From positions 31,754-95,753 of the forward strand of contig CANQNC010000003.1 of NCBI GenBank assembly GCA_947625145.1: a stretch of DNA of 64,000 nt. The letters run 5' to 3'. The notes beneath the pieces are model-generated. The model saw nothing but the letters and a program-made list of their open reading frames with translations. It was not told where the DNA came from and did not search any database. Each line of letters begins with the position of its first letter. The stretch's first letter is position 1. A program made the translations under genes and the position numbers. Positions 43,249 to 57,700 of the stretch are shown here, in pieces. This DNA is from an uncultured Clostridia bacterium. Its GTDB lineage: Bacteria > Bacillota > Clostridia > Christensenellales > CAG-917.

Positions 43249-44628
43249 TTACTCTTCCTCTTGCTTGAGATATTTTTCCAAATACTCGTCTCTTATCCTC
43301 TTCAGCTCGCTCTTGGGGAGCATCGCGAGCAATTCCCAACCGAGGTCCAATGTCTCCTCTATGCTTCTGTTGACGTTGAAGCCCTGAGAGACATACCTCT
43401 TTTCAAACTCGTCCGCAAAGCGCGCGTACTGTTTGTCAACGTCCGTAAGCGCGGCGTCGCCGAGGATGGAGCTGAGCTCTTTTGCCTCTTTGCCCTGCGC
43501 GTAGGCGCTGAACAGCTGGTTCATGGTGTCGGCGTGGTCCTCTCTTGTCTTGCCCTCGCCTATGCCCTTGTCTTTCAGACGGGACAGGGAGGGAAGCACG
43601 TCGATTGGCGGCACGATACCCTTTTTGTAAAGCTCTCTTGATATGATGATCTGCCCCTCGGTGATATACCCCGTAAGGTCGGGGATGGGGTGCGTTTTGT
43701 CGTCCTCGGGCATGGTCAAGATCGGGATCTGCGTGATGCTGCCCTTCTTGCCCACGATCCTGCCCGCGCGCTCGTACATGGTCGCAAGGTCGGTGTACAT
43801 ATAGCCGGGATAGCCGCGCCTGCCGGGGACCTCTTTCCTCGCGGCGGAGACCTCTCTCAACGCCTCGGCGTAGTTGGTGATGTCCGTGGTGATGACAAGC
43901 ACGTGCATGTCCTTTTCAAACGCGAGATATTCCGCGGCGGTGAGCGCCATACGCGGCGTGGAGATACGCTCCACGGCGGGGTCGTTTGCAAGGTTGATGA
44001 ACATGACCGCACGCTCTATCGCGCCCGTCTTTCTGAAATCGGATATGAAGAAATCCGCTTCCTCAAACGTTATGCCGACCGCGGCAAACACGACCGCGAA
44101 TTTTTCGTTGCTTCCAAGCACCTTTGCCTGCCTCGCGATCTGCGCGGCGAGCTCGGCATGCGGCATGCCCGACATGGAAAACACGGGCAACTTCTGACCT
44201 CTGACAAGGGTGTTGAGCCCGTCTATCGCGCTGATACCCGTCTGAATGAACTCGTTGGGATAGTCCCTTGCGACGGGGTTGATGGGCTGGCCGTTGATGT
44301 CCAACTTCATTTCGGGGATTATGGGCGCGCCGCCGTCGCGGGGTCTGCCCATGCCGTCGAAAACTCTGCCCAACATATCCTCGCTGACGCCGAGCTCCAC
44401 GCCATGCCCCAAAAATCTTGCCTTTGAAGAGGACATCTTTATGCCCTGCGAGGGCTCGAACAGCTGAACGAGCGCCTTGTCGCCGTTGACCTCAAGCACT
44501 TTGCCACTGCGCACTTCGCCGTTTGCCTGCCTGATCTCCACAAGTTCGTTGTATTTGACTCCGCTTACGCCCTCGACGAGCATAATGGGCCCTACGATCT
44601 CTCTGATGGTCTTGTATTCCTTGAGCAT
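43249..44628 (-). CDS. ntpB: V-type ATP synthase subunit B
   Basis: 459 aa. [21 protein letters not shown]... has the typical V/A-type B subunit sequence. Confidence 0.95.
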   Translation of the reverse strand: MLKEYKTIREIVGPIMLVEGVSGVKYNELVEIRQANGEVRSGKVLEVNGDKALVQLFEPSQGIKMSSSKARFLGHGVELGVSEDMLGRVFDGMGRPRDGGAPIIPEMKLDINGQPINPVARDYPNEFIQTGISAIDGLNTLVRGQKLPVFSMSGMPHAELAAQIARQAKVLGSNEKFAVVFAAVGITFEEADFFISDFRKTGAIERAVMFINLANDPAVERISTPRMALTAAEYLAFEKDMHVLVITTDITNYAEALREVSAARKEVPGRRGYPGYMYTDLATMYERAGRIVGKKGSITQIPILTMPEDDKTHPIPDLTGYITEGQIIISRELYKKGIVPPIDVLPSLSRLKDKGIGEGKTREDHADTMNQLFSAYAQGKEAKELSSILGDAALTDVDKQYARFADEFEKRYVSQGFNVNRSIEETLDLGWELLAMLPKSELKRIRDEYLEKYLKQEEE

Positions 44629-46394
44629 TAGAGTTCCCCTCCTTCATTCATAAGAGCAAGCATTTCTCTCTTCTCCTCCGCGATAAGCTCATCCAACTTG
44701 TCAAGCTCGCTCTCGGGGATATACTTTGCCCTTCCTATCTTCTCTCTCACGTCAAGCGCAAGGATATCCTCGATGTCCACGTTTTTGTCCAACGCTTCCT
44801 TTGCGAGGCGGTCGAATTCCAAAATGAGGGTGAGCATCGCAAGCTGTTTTTTCAAGGAGGTGTACGTGTCCACCTCGTGGAACGCGTTTTGGTGCAAATA
44901 GTCCTCTCTTATGGACTTTGCCGTTTCCATGGTCAGTCTGTTTGCGGGAGAGAGCGCGTCCATACCCACAAGGCGCACGATCTCGTTCAGCTGAGCCTCT
45001 TCCTGCAATATCCTCATGCAATCCGCGCGCAGAGTTATCCATTCGTCGCCGACGTTGTCGCTGTACCACTCCTTCAACCTGTCCGCGTACAGCGAATAGC
45101 TCGTAAGCCAATCCACCGCGGGGAAGTGACGCTTGTATGCAAGGGAAGCGCTAAGCCCCCAGAACACCTTGACAATACGCAACGTGGCTTGCGAAACAGG
45201 CTCCGAAAGGTCGCCGCCCGCGGGCGAGACCGCGCCGATAGCCGTGATAGAGCCGTTGACGTTGGGCTGTCCGAGCACCTTGACGCAACCCGCTCTCTCG
45301 TAAAATTCCGCCAATCTCGAGCTGAGATACGCGGGATATCCTTCCTCGCCGGGCATCTCTTCCAACCTTCCCGACATCTCTCTGAGCGCCTCCGCCCAGC
45401 GGGACGTCGAGTCCGCCATGATCGCCACGGAATAGCCCATATCTCTGAAATATTCCGCAATGGTGATGCCTGTGTATATAGAAGCCTCTCTTGCCGCGAC
45501 GGGCATATCCGACGTGTTTGCGATAAGCACCGTGCGCTTCATAAGAGGCTGTCCGCTTCTTGGGTCAACAAGGCGGGGGAACTCGTTGAGGACGTCCGTC
45601 ATCTCGTTGCCGCGCTCGCCGCAACCGACATAGACGATTATGTCCGCGTCCGCCCACTTTGCAAGCTGATGCTGGACCACGGTTTTTCCGCTTCCAAACG
45701 GCCCGGGGACCGCCGCGACGCCGCCTTTTGCGATCGGGAAGAGGGTGTCTATCACGCGCTGTCCCGTGACAAGAGGACTGCTCGGAGCGGATTTTTCCGC
45801 ATAGGGTCTGCCCTTTCTGACCGCCCATTTTTGGAGCATGCAGACGGGTTTGTCCCCGCTTGCGGTCGATATGACCGCAATTGTTTCGTCCACTGTAAAC
45901 GCGCCTTTTTTGACTTCCTTGACCGTGCCCTCAACGCCGACGGGAACCATGATCTTGTGCAGGATCAGCTCGTTTTCCTGAACTGTGCCGAGCACGCTTC
46001 CGCCCTCCACGGGGTCTCCCACTCTGGCTGTGGGGACAAACTCCCATTTCTTCTCATGGTCGACGGCGGGCGCGTACACGCCTCTTTCGATGCGATCGCC
46101 TGACATTTCCTTCAGCCTTGACAGCGGACGCTGTATGCCGTCGTAAATGCCCTCGATCAGCCCGGGAGCCAGCTCGACAGACAGCGGCGCGCCTGTGGAA
46201 TACACGTTTTCGCCGGGGCCGAGTCCGCTTGTCTCTTCATACACCTGAATGGACGCGCGGTCCCCTCTGAGTTCGATGATCTCGCCGATGAGTCGCTTTT
46301 CGCTCACCTGCACGACGTCGTACATTTTGCTTTCGCGCATACCCTCCGCCACGATCAGCGGACCCGAAACCTTAACAATCTTTCCAACTTCCAT
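44628..46394 (-). CDS. ntpA: V-type ATP synthase catalytic subunit A
   Basis: 588 aa. The Walker A is GPFGSGKTV, the non-homologous insert region is present, and the motif [10 protein letters not shown] is found. Confidence 0.95.
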   Translation of the reverse strand: MEVGKIVKVSGPLIVAEGMRESKMYDVVQVSEKRLIGEIIELRGDRASIQVYEETSGLGPGENVYSTGAPLSVELAPGLIEGIYDGIQRPLSRLKEMSGDRIERGVYAPAVDHEKKWEFVPTARVGDPVEGGSVLGTVQENELILHKIMVPVGVEGTVKEVKKGAFTVDETIAVISTASGDKPVCMLQKWAVRKGRPYAEKSAPSSPLVTGQRVIDTLFPIAKGGVAAVPGPFGSGKTVVQHQLAKWADADIIVYVGCGERGNEMTDVLNEFPRLVDPRSGQPLMKRTVLIANTSDMPVAAREASIYTGITIAEYFRDMGYSVAIMADSTSRWAEALREMSGRLEEMPGEEGYPAYLSSRLAEFYERAGCVKVLGQPNVNGSITAIGAVSPAGGDLSEPVSQATLRIVKVFWGLSASLAYKRHFPAVDWLTSYSLYADRLKEWYSDNVGDEWITLRADCMRILQEEAQLNEIVRLVGMDALSPANRLTMETAKSIREDYLHQNAFHEVDTYTSLKKQLAMLTLILEFDRLAKEALDKNVDIEDILALDVREKIGRAKYIPESELDKLDELIAEEKREMLALMNEGGEL

Positions 46395-46729
46395 TATTTG
46401 TCCTCTTTGCCGAATAGGATATCGGCGCCTATTGCCTTTTCTATGTTAGACTTTATCCCCGCTGCGCCAAGCCCCATGCTCTCTCCCGCGGACGGGATGG
46501 GCACGACGACGGGATAGGGACGGGATTTGTAACGCTTCAGATACATATCCGCCCAAATCGCGACTTGCTCGGTGACAAAGATGACGGCGTGCGTCCTTGC
46601 GAGCGCATGCACCGTCTGCCTTGCCTGCTCCTCGTCGTCAACGGGAAAGACGTCAAGTCCCAACGCCCTGAAAACCAAAACGGAGTCCTTGTCCCCGACG
46701 ACTGCAATTTTTCCTTCACGTTCAGACAT
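46394..46729 (-). CDS. V-type ATP synthase subunit F
   Basis: 111 aa with [24 protein letters not shown]. It sits between the C and A subunit genes. Confidence 0.85.
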   Translation of the reverse strand: MSEREGKIAVVGDKDSVLVFRALGLDVFPVDDEEQARQTVHALARTHAVIFVTEQVAIWADMYLKRYKSRPYPVVVPIPSAGESMGLGAAGIKSNIEKAIGADILFGKEDK

Positions 46730-47672
46730 CCCTGAGTCTCTCCCTTACTGCGGACGGCTCCACGCCGTTTCTGACGCCCGCGACGATGAGCCTTGCCGTC
46801 TTGATCGCCGCCTCTCTGCACAGATAATACGCGAGTATGGGCGCAAGCGAAAACATATCGTCTCTCTGCCCCTCGACAAGTTGCAAAAGCGCGTTGTCGC
46901 AAGCGACCTCGAAGGCTATGATGTTTCCGTCGTCCAGCGCCTTGAAGAAGGACTCGGCGTATATTCTGCCCTTCACGGCGTCCCTCAACTTTTCAAGGGG
47001 CTGATCGTAGAGGCTTGCAAGTTCAAGCTCGCCCCCTTCCAAGAAGGTCTCGCCGTAAAATTTTGCGCTCAGATCAAGTTTTTTGCACCTCAAAAACGAT
47101 ATGAGATTGATTTGATCCGTCTTTTGCACGAAATATGCCCGAAGCAGTTTGTCTCCGCGCTTGACCTTTGCAAGCGCCATGCGGTTTGCCTGTTTGTCCA
47201 CAGCCGTGTCTATAAGCCGCGGATTGGGGTTTTCGCCGAGGGCTCGCACCTGCACGATAGCCTCTCTGAAAAACGGCGGGATCTTTTCCTCATCCGTCTG
47301 CAAAGCCATCTGCTCAAGTTCCTCCGCGCCGACAAGCCCCGTCGTCACGACGGAGGCGCGCTTGCCGCAAGCCTGCGCCTTCAGCACGGATTTGAGATTC
47401 AAAAAGTCATACTCAAGCAAAAACGCGTCCAGCGCTCCGTCCACGTTGAATTCGCACAAAAACGCGCGCTGTCTTTCGCGCTCGTAGGCAAACAGCGCGT
47501 CGAAGTCCTCCGCCGCGAAACTTCCTCCCGCGCCGAAGCCCATGTCAAGCAGAGTGCGCCAAAGCATGCCGAGGCTTGTGCACTCGAGCAATCTTTGGAC
47601 CGACTGCGGGGTCATAAGGCTCGACTCCATGGATTTTATGCGAGCGTTTTGATATACGAACTTCTCTGACAT
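46722..47672 (-). CDS. ntpC: V-type ATP synthase subunit C (d-type)
   Basis: 316 aa and helical. Its position between E and F matches ntp operons. Confidence 0.8.
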   Translation of the reverse strand: MSEKFVYQNARIKSMESSLMTPQSVQRLLECTSLGMLWRTLLDMGFGAGGSFAAEDFDALFAYERERQRAFLCEFNVDGALDAFLLEYDFLNLKSVLKAQACGKRASVVTTGLVGAEELEQMALQTDEEKIPPFFREAIVQVRALGENPNPRLIDTAVDKQANRMALAKVKRGDKLLRAYFVQKTDQINLISFLRCKKLDLSAKFYGETFLEGGELELASLYDQPLEKLRDAVKGRIYAESFFKALDDGNIIAFEVACDNALLQLVEGQRDDMFSLAPILAYYLCREAAIKTARLIVAGVRNGVEPSAVRERLRDV

Positions 47673-47673
47673 A

Positions 47674-48252
47674 TCAGCCGAAAATTTCCTTTGCTATATC
47701 CGCTTCGGATCTGTCTCTCAGCGCCGCCAGCTCGCTTTCGAAGGTGAGGTTTTTGTCCGCGCCTCCACCCGAGAGGATCATGCCTCCCGCAAACTCGCCG
47801 ACTTCGGGGCTGATCGTGACTTTGATCTTCCGCTTTGCAAGCTGTTTGTCCGCCGCCTCTTGCGTGATCAGCTCGTGCCCGCGAGCGTTCAGGATCACGA
47901 CGTCGCCGTCCTCTGCGGCGCCTGTCAGCATGGACAGCAAAAGCGCTTTCATGGTTTTGTCGTCAAGCTCGGCGAGCTTTTCGAGGGCGCGGCTGAATAT
48001 CCTGTCCAACAGCTCTCTTTTTGCGCCCAAGGACAGTTTGCCCGCGTCCAACCCCGCGACCGTCTGAGACCTTGCTATGGTTTCGTTTGCCTCTCTGATC
48101 GCGGCGGCTTCCGCCTCGTCGAGCATACGCTTTCTGTCCTCTGTCGCCGCGGCGACGATAGCGTCCGCCTTCTGCCGGTTTTCCTGCACGATGGCGTCCG
48201 CCTTCTCCTTGGCGTCCTCGAGGATCTTGTCAATGATCGCTTGCTTGCTCAT
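47674..48252 (-). CDS. ntpE: V-type ATP synthase subunit E
   Basis: 192 aa. The N-terminal coiled coil is MSKQAIIDKILEDAKEKADAIVQE, followed by a C-terminal globular domain. Confidence 0.85.
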   Translation of the reverse strand: MSKQAIIDKILEDAKEKADAIVQENRQKADAIVAAATEDRKRMLDEAEAAAIREANETIARSQTVAGLDAGKLSLGAKRELLDRIFSRALEKLAELDDKTMKALLLSMLTGAAEDGDVVILNARGHELITQEAADKQLAKRKIKVTISPEVGEFAGGMILSGGGADKNLTFESELAALRDRSEADIAKEIFG

Positions 48253-48261
48253 ATTCGTACA

Positions 48262-50789
<2,528 letters not shown>

Positions 50790-50793
50790 TGGG

Positions 50794-51123
50794 TCAATAT
50801 TCCTTCAAAAGCATTTCGACCACCTTGTCGGCAGCCACTTCGACCGCGGAGTTTTTGTCCTCCAACAGTTTGTTTGCAGCGGCCTCGCCTTTGCGAAGCG
50901 TAGCCGCTCTGCGTTCGGACGCGATCCTTTCCGCCTCGGACTCGGCGTGACGGGACAGCTCCTTGCAATCCGCAGCAGTCTCTCTGCGAATTCTGTCCGC
51001 CTCCGCCTGAGCGGTCATCAAAATGTCCTTGCCGCGCTGAGCCGCTTCATGGACAAGCCTGTCCGCTCTTTCCTCCGCCGAACGGATATCGCCGATCATC
51101 TCGTCAATTACGTTCTCTTTCAT
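50794..51123 (-). CDS. V-type ATP synthase small peripheral-stalk subunit (G/H-like coiled coil)
   Basis: 109 aa, charged and helical (AEERADRLVHEAAQRGKDILMTAQAEADRIRRE). It is the first gene of the ntp block. Confidence 0.7.
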   Translation of the reverse strand: MKENVIDEMIGDIRSAEERADRLVHEAAQRGKDILMTAQAEADRIRRETAADCKELSRHAESEAERIASERRAATLRKGEAAANKLLEDKNSAVEVAADKVVEMLLKEY

Positions 51124-51572
51124 CTGAAATTTTTGTCCTCTATGTCGCTTATCATGTCAAGACGGCGTTGATGTCTGCCGCCCTCATAATCCGCAAGATA
51201 CCACTCGGAAACTATCTTTGCCGCCGTATCGGGGTCTATCACCCTGCCGCCGAGCGCGATTATGTTTGCGTTGTTGTGGTTTTTGGTGAGCTTTGCCATG
51301 TACGTGTTTGTCACGACCGCCGCCCGTATGCCCTTGACCTTGTTTGCGGCGATGGATATGCCGATGCCCGTGCCGCACATGACGACGCCCGCGTCGCACG
51401 CGCCGCTTGCCACCGCGTTTGCCACCGCCTCGCCGTATTTGGGATAATCCACCGAGACCTCGGCGCTGTCGCATCCGAAATCCACAACTTCCGCGCCAAG
51501 CGCGACGAGCGCGTCCGAAACGGATTGTTTGAGCACAAATCCGCCGTGATCGCAACCAATGGCAACCTTCAT
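51120..51572 (-). CDS. rpiB: ribose-5-phosphate isomerase B
   Basis: 150 aa with MKVAIGCDHGGFVLKQ...CGTGIGISIAANK. It overlaps the next gene by 4 nt. Confidence 0.9.
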   Translation of the reverse strand: MKVAIGCDHGGFVLKQSVSDALVALGAEVVDFGCDSAEVSVDYPKYGEAVANAVASGACDAGVVMCGTGIGISIAANKVKGIRAAVVTNTYMAKLTKNHNNANIIALGGRVIDPDTAAKIVSEWYLADYEGGRHQRRLDMISDIEDKNFR

Positions 51573-51599
51573 ATCCGACCTCGCATTTTATTTCTTTAT

Positions 51600-51628
51600 A
51601 TTATACACCCGAATATATAATAAATCAA
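51600..51628 (-). promoter_or_regulatory. promoter of the rpiB/V-ATPase operon
   Basis: The minus strand reads TTGATT-17 nt-TATAAT (attata at 51600-51605, aatcaa at 51623-51628), about 28 nt upstream of the rpiB ATG. Confidence 0.6.
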
Positions 51629-51679
51629 CCAAAATCTTACGCCCCTATCCCACAAAAAACCGCGTACCTCGCAGATCGC

Positions 51680-51712
51680 AAAAAAATAGGCCCGCCAAAC
51701 GGCGAACCTATT
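51680..51712 (-). terminator. rho-independent terminator after the giant surface-protein gene
   Basis: The minus-strand RNA forms AAUAGGUUCGCC-GUUU-GGCGGGCCUAUU (two G-U pairs) followed by U7. Confidence 0.7.
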
Positions 51713-51796
51713 TCCGATCTTTTCGATATCGCAGGTCTTGACCTTCCTCAAAGGGCTTGCCTATCCTTTTCGGATATCCCGCCTTTTTGAGCTTTG

Positions 51797-54700
51797 TCAG
51801 ATCAACTTTTTGAGTTTGGACTTCCTTACGACGTACGCAAGCACTACGATCAGCACAAACGCCGCAACCGCGCCCGCAGCGCCGACCGCGGACCACACCG
51901 CCCACTTCGGCAGAGTCGGCGTGGAGAAGTCCACAAACACGACCTCGCCCAGATAGTCCGTGACAAACACTATGCTCGAGCCGTCCGCGGCTGTCTTGAG
52001 TTGATAGTCGGACAGTTTGGCAAGTCCGCCCTCGGGAGTACGCACATAGACGGCGGCGTCTTTGAGGTTTTGATCCACGCTTTCGGGGATCTTGATGGTC
52101 AATTCCATCAATCCTTTTGCCGCCACGCGCTGATTGTCGCAATACAGATCCATATGCACAACGCCCGCAAGCCTCGCCTTGGAGTTGATATACGGCATGT
52201 ATTGGTTGACTTTGTCCCACAGCTCGACATCCGCGCCGCTGCCGCTCTTACGCAAGATATTGCGCACTTCCAGCCTGTTTGCGATCACGCCCGCGGTCTC
52301 GTTGCCGCTGTCGTCCACAAGGCGCATACCGAAGTCGGAATTTCCGCTTTCGAACGCGCTTGCGGTCAGTTCCAAAATTCCGTCCGCGCCGACGAAGTTG
52401 TAGTTGTCTGCATTGAGGTCCTGCCCATTGACCGTGACTCGGAAGGTGTATCTGCCCGCGGAGTTGATCTCCTTTGCAAACACGATCTTGGTCATTGCCT
52501 TTGTAAGCGCGGCGGCGTTGCTCGGGTCTCCCATCGCGACGTTGTAGTCTATGTTGTAGGTCGCGTTTTCGCTGAACTTTTCGTTGAGAACGACGGGGGC
52601 TGTGGCGATCTCGTTTGCGCGCGCCGCGGAGCCGTTCATTCTGATGCCGCTGATGTTGACGATAGCCTTTCTGACGGTGATGCTTGCGGTGAAGGAAGTC
52701 TTTGCGTAGTTGGGATTTTCGGACTCGAATCTGTCGTTCAGCGCGACGACCACTCTGTACGTGCCCGCGTCTTTGATCTCAAAGGATTGCGGTTTCCCCG
52801 CATAATCATTGCGCGTGTTGCCGTCCATATAATAGTAGGTCACGTTGCCGTCCGCGTCCGTCTCGGAAAGCAGAGGTATCATGACGTCGCCCTGCATGAA
52901 GTAGGCGCAATAGAACGTCGTCCCTATCTGCTTTTCCACAACGAGGTCCGCGCAGCCTTCGCCGATGTTCTGTCCTTCACCATCTTGCCATGTGACTGAA
53001 GATTTGTTGCCCGAGTAGGCGTAAGTGTAAACTTTGCCGTCATACTCCTTGCTGTAATCGGTCGCGTAGAAGGTAGGAGTCGCCTTTGTGATCTCTATCC
53101 TGACGATCTTGTCGGACAGCCATTCGGCGGAATAGCCCGCGTCGCTGTCGCTCCACTTGACGATACGCGTGACTTTGAGTTTGCCCTCGTAAACGCCGAC
53201 GTTGATGGCTTTTTTCTTGTTGACGGTCGTCACGTCAAACTCAACGGTGTCGCCCGCGCGCAGGCCCACGAGCATTTCGGGAGTCCTGTCTATGGGGTTT
53301 GTGCCGGATTTGGCGTAAGTGAACGTCCTTTCCGTTTGATCCGCGAGGCTCACGCCCTCGACGACGGGCTCGGTGACCGTGAGGCGGGAGGTGTCCGCGA
53401 CAAACGAACTGCCGTCGTATTTCAGAATGAATCTGTATTCTTCGTTTTCCAACAGCTCGTGCCCTATGGTGCCGAACTCGAAGAGGTAGTTTTGGATGGA
53501 CGCTTCATAATCTTCGCCTGCCGCCATCTCGTATCTTGCCACATAGTACATTCCCGCTTCCTCTTGAGGCGCGGACAAGGAGAAGTTTGTGTCCGAAAGA
53601 GGAGTCGCGCTGCCCGAATTTATGTCGTACAGATACCACTTGAGCACGGGGCCGTGGTCAACGCCGCTCCAAACGAACACGCTCTGATAGGATTCGCCCG
53701 AAGCGAAGCCGAAGTCCGTGCCGTCCGACGCGTAGAACGCCAGAACAAATGACGTCGTGGGAAGAGGATCGCCGTAGCGCACCGTCGCGTCCGTGCCCGT
53801 TGTGGACACCAACAGCTTGCGTCTGACGATCTCCGCGACGGAAGTTGCGCTTCCGTCCGTTTGCGTGTAGACGTATTCGAAGTTGTAGTTCGACGCGCTT
53901 CCGTTGACAAGGCTGTACGACCTCGACTTGTCCCCCGCCTGCGGCTTGAACGAGGAGGAGAACACCGCCTTTGCGACGGGCAATGTGACCGCGCCTATCA
54001 GCCTGATATATTCGCCCTCGTTGCCGTCAGACGGCTGTGTGGCGGACAGTATGCTGCTCGTCTCGGGATCCGTGTTGAGGTTGTAGGTGTATTGGACGAG
54101 CGAGTTGATGTACGGAACGTCGTCCTTGTTTGTCTTTGCAAAACCGATGAGTTCGAGGTATTCGGCAAATTTGACATACAGCGCGCCCTCGAACAAGGTC
54201 AGCTTCTTGCCGCCCATGCTGTATTCCACGTCTCCGACGACGCTCTGGACGTTTGTGCCGTAGCTTATCTTCTTGTCTGCGAGCGAGGCTTTGACGTCGC
54301 GTTTTGTGATGGTCGCCTTGATGCGCGCGGTGGACAGCTCTCGCATCACATAGTTGCCCGCGTCCTTGCCGACGAAACTTTGGATGCTGAACACGACGTA
54401 TTGCGCTTCCGTGCCCGCGGAGTTAAATTCCGCGCTGAGCGTGCCTATGGACAGCTCGTCGCCCTCGACCGCGCCGACAATGGCGTTTTGGTTAAAGTCG
54501 TAGTCCTTCCCGACTTCGCCCGCAAACTTCACCGTGCCGTCAAAGACCTTTGTGAACGCGGTGGAGCCGTCCTTCGCGTAGATGCCGTCCGAGCTGATAT
54601 ACACCTTTTTGGGCTCGACAGTGCCCTGCATTGCGAAGTATTTGACAGAGCCGAGGGCTTCGATGGCGGCCACGTCGTCCGCGCCCTCCACGCTCTCGGC

Positions 54701-57700
54701 GCCTGCCGCGAGCGCGTAATAGCCCACGTTTTGATATTCGAAATATCCGAGGATAAATTCCTCGACCTTAGCCGCGTTTTCGGACTTCGCCTTGATGAAG
54801 AGGGAGGCCTCCGCAAGCGCGTACAGATATTTGACGGGAGCTTCCACGCTTGCCGCCGCTTCGTAATAGAAGTATTCCCCGCTCTTGTCCATTGCGCCGA
54901 TCAGCGTCCTGCCCTCGAGGGGCTTTTCGGAAGCTTCCGCAAGCACGTAGTTGCTTATCTTGCTGTTGGAGTTGATGAGCACGGGGTTGAACACGGCGCC
55001 GTCTTTGAGTCCGACGACCTGTTTTGCGACGTTGGACTCGTCGAGCTGTTGCACGTATTTGACGTTCTTGTCCGTGAAGAACGCGCCGATCGAGCCGCTT
55101 GACACGTTGTAGAAGTTGACGTCCTCGGGCAGGATGCCTTCAAGCGAATAGGACGGTCTGTACGCCTTGTTGTTGCCGTCGTAGGTCTTTGTGCCGAGTT
55201 CGCCCGTCAGCGCGACGGGGCGAGCGATGATCTCGCCGTAGAACAGGGACGTCGAGGGGATAAGCGTGTAGTTTTTGATGAGATATTCAAAGTCCTCGTC
55301 CGCGACTATCCTGCAATCTGACAGCGTGACTCTGATGTTCTGCTCCACGACGACTCGCGAGAAGTTGCCCGTTGCGACGATGCCGATATGCTCTCTTGCT
55401 CCCTCGGGCAGGTTGTGGTCCTCGCCGGGCAGGTCGATGGTGACGTGCGCGGTGTTGGTGCCGTCGTAGACTTTTTTGTCGATATGCACGTTTGTGTCAA
55501 TGACGTGCAGGTCGAATTTGGTGATAGCGATCGCGTTCAGGATCTCATAATCGCTTATGTACGTATCCGTCGTGACTTCGCCGATGGGGTTGTACGAGTC
55601 GCCGCTGCTGTTGTAGATGTAGCCTAATATGGTGTAGTTGTTCAGCAAGCTGAGGTCGTCCACCTGCACTTGAAGCCCTTGCACGAGGACGTTGTGCAAA
55701 ATCACTCTGCCCTGCGCGTCGAAAGCGACGTTCGGGTCTGCGGCGCCCTTGTCGGACAAAATGTAGGTGGGTTCGCCCACGATCTTGATGCGTTCAAGCT
55801 CGTGCTCGAGTTCGGTCGAGTAGAAGACCGTGGTGAAGTTGTGCTGTTCATAGCCGCTGTTTTTGGACACGGCTTTTTCGTCGAGTTCCGCCGAGCCGTT
55901 GTACGCTCTGGGATTGAACGTGACGTTTGGCACCAGCTTTGCCCTTGTGATGTCCACAGTAAGAGAAGTCGTGGACAGGAAGTACGTCCTAAGCGCTTCT
56001 ATGTCAAGCTCGTAATTTTTGTTGCGCACGTCTGAAGCGTCCGACAACGTGACCGTGTGGTTGCCCGCGTTTGGCGAATCGGCGTCGCCTTTGAGGGTGA
56101 GTCCGACGGAAGCCGCGGAGTCCCCGGGAGCGAGCGCGCCGTCCGCGAAGCTGAAGTTGACGTCCACCGAGGTCTTGGAGTTGTAGTCCCTGCTCTCCGC
56201 GAAAACGCTGTCCGCGACAAAGGACGCGGCGTTGAGTTTGCGTTTGACGATGGAGGCGTTCAAGTTGACGATGGTGACCAAGAAGCCGCCTTCCTGCACG
56301 GCAATCGTCACGTCGCTTCCTTCGAGATTTATGACGTTGAAGCCGTCCGCGTGTTCTATGGGGAAGAAGATCTCGAGATTGACGATATACGTGCTGCTGA
56401 CTCCCGATCCCGCAAAGCGCGTGCTGTGCTCGGCGATCAGTTGCGCCGCGCCTCCCATCAAGATGGTTGCGAGCACGTTGGGCGAGCCCGAGCCGTCATC
56501 GGGACGAGAGCCGATGCTTATGTTTGCAATCGTGAGGCTTGTGGAGCCGTCGTACATCTTGCTGACCGTAATGTCTTGTTTCCTCAAGCCCAAGTTGCCG
56601 ATGAGGATGACTATCCTTTCCTTCTCGCTCGCGTCCGCCTTATTATTTATATATTTTATTATTATTTCAATAATATCCGAAATATCTATGCCGCTCATCG
56701 CTTCGCTTTGGTCGAGCATGCGGTCGCCGTCATAGATCTCGGCTTCGTTGTCCTTGTTGGAGTTGTAAATCTTGCCGAGGACATAGTTGTACGCCTTTGA
56801 CCCTTCGATCGCGAGTTTTTTGAACCTGATGGAGGTATAGACAGGCTCGGTCATACTGCCCGCTTCCTCAAACGCCGCTTCGAACACGAGGTACACGTCG
56901 TCGCTGTTGAGCACGATTGAGTTGAAGTCGTACGCGATGACAAGATCGGCGCCCTCCGCCGCGAAGAGTTTGTTGTTTTTGTACAGCGCGTTGACAGTGC
57001 CGTCATACGTCTTGCTTATGCCCACGAAATTGGCGACGTCGAGGTTTACGGTCAAGGGGTTGATGACAAGCCTTGTTCCGATCAAATTGTCCTCGCCCTC
57101 TACCTCGACAGAGAAGTTGTTGTCTCTTATCGCGAACGCGAGCGCGATCGTCAATGCGTAATAGTCGTTTGTGCCGTCAAGGCAGTTGCCGAGATCGTCT
57201 GTCGCGCAGTCCCATTGCGAGATGACGGTCGGCGTGCCGTCCTCCCTGAAGCGTCCGCGCCCGAAGTTGCCCGAGACAAGCGCCAAGATCTCCGCGTAGC
57301 TCTTCCCCGCGTAGGAGAAGGAGGCTTTGTCGTCCACGGTCTCGCCGTTGACCGAGGCGATCTCAAATCCGATGCCGAAATCCGCGTCTACTCCGCCGTA
57401 GACCCTGTTTGTTTTGGCAATTGTGGGTCGCACGGAGACGACCGCCTTTGTCACTGTAAATCTGAAGGGGCTGACCACGATCAAGAGGTCGGGAATCTCC
57501 TCTCCGCTCTCGTCGAAGATATGCACGTCCGAAGCGTTGACGTTGTATGTGTTCGCGTTGAGCATGCCGCCGTCGTGGATGTCCTCCGAGTTGCCGCTCA
57601 GCGCAAGTTGCCACGTCACGCTCCCCGCGGTCTTGCCCTCGGGAAGTCCCGTAAGCTCGAACAGCTCCGCGCTGAACTTGATGAGATCGTTGTTCCAGAT

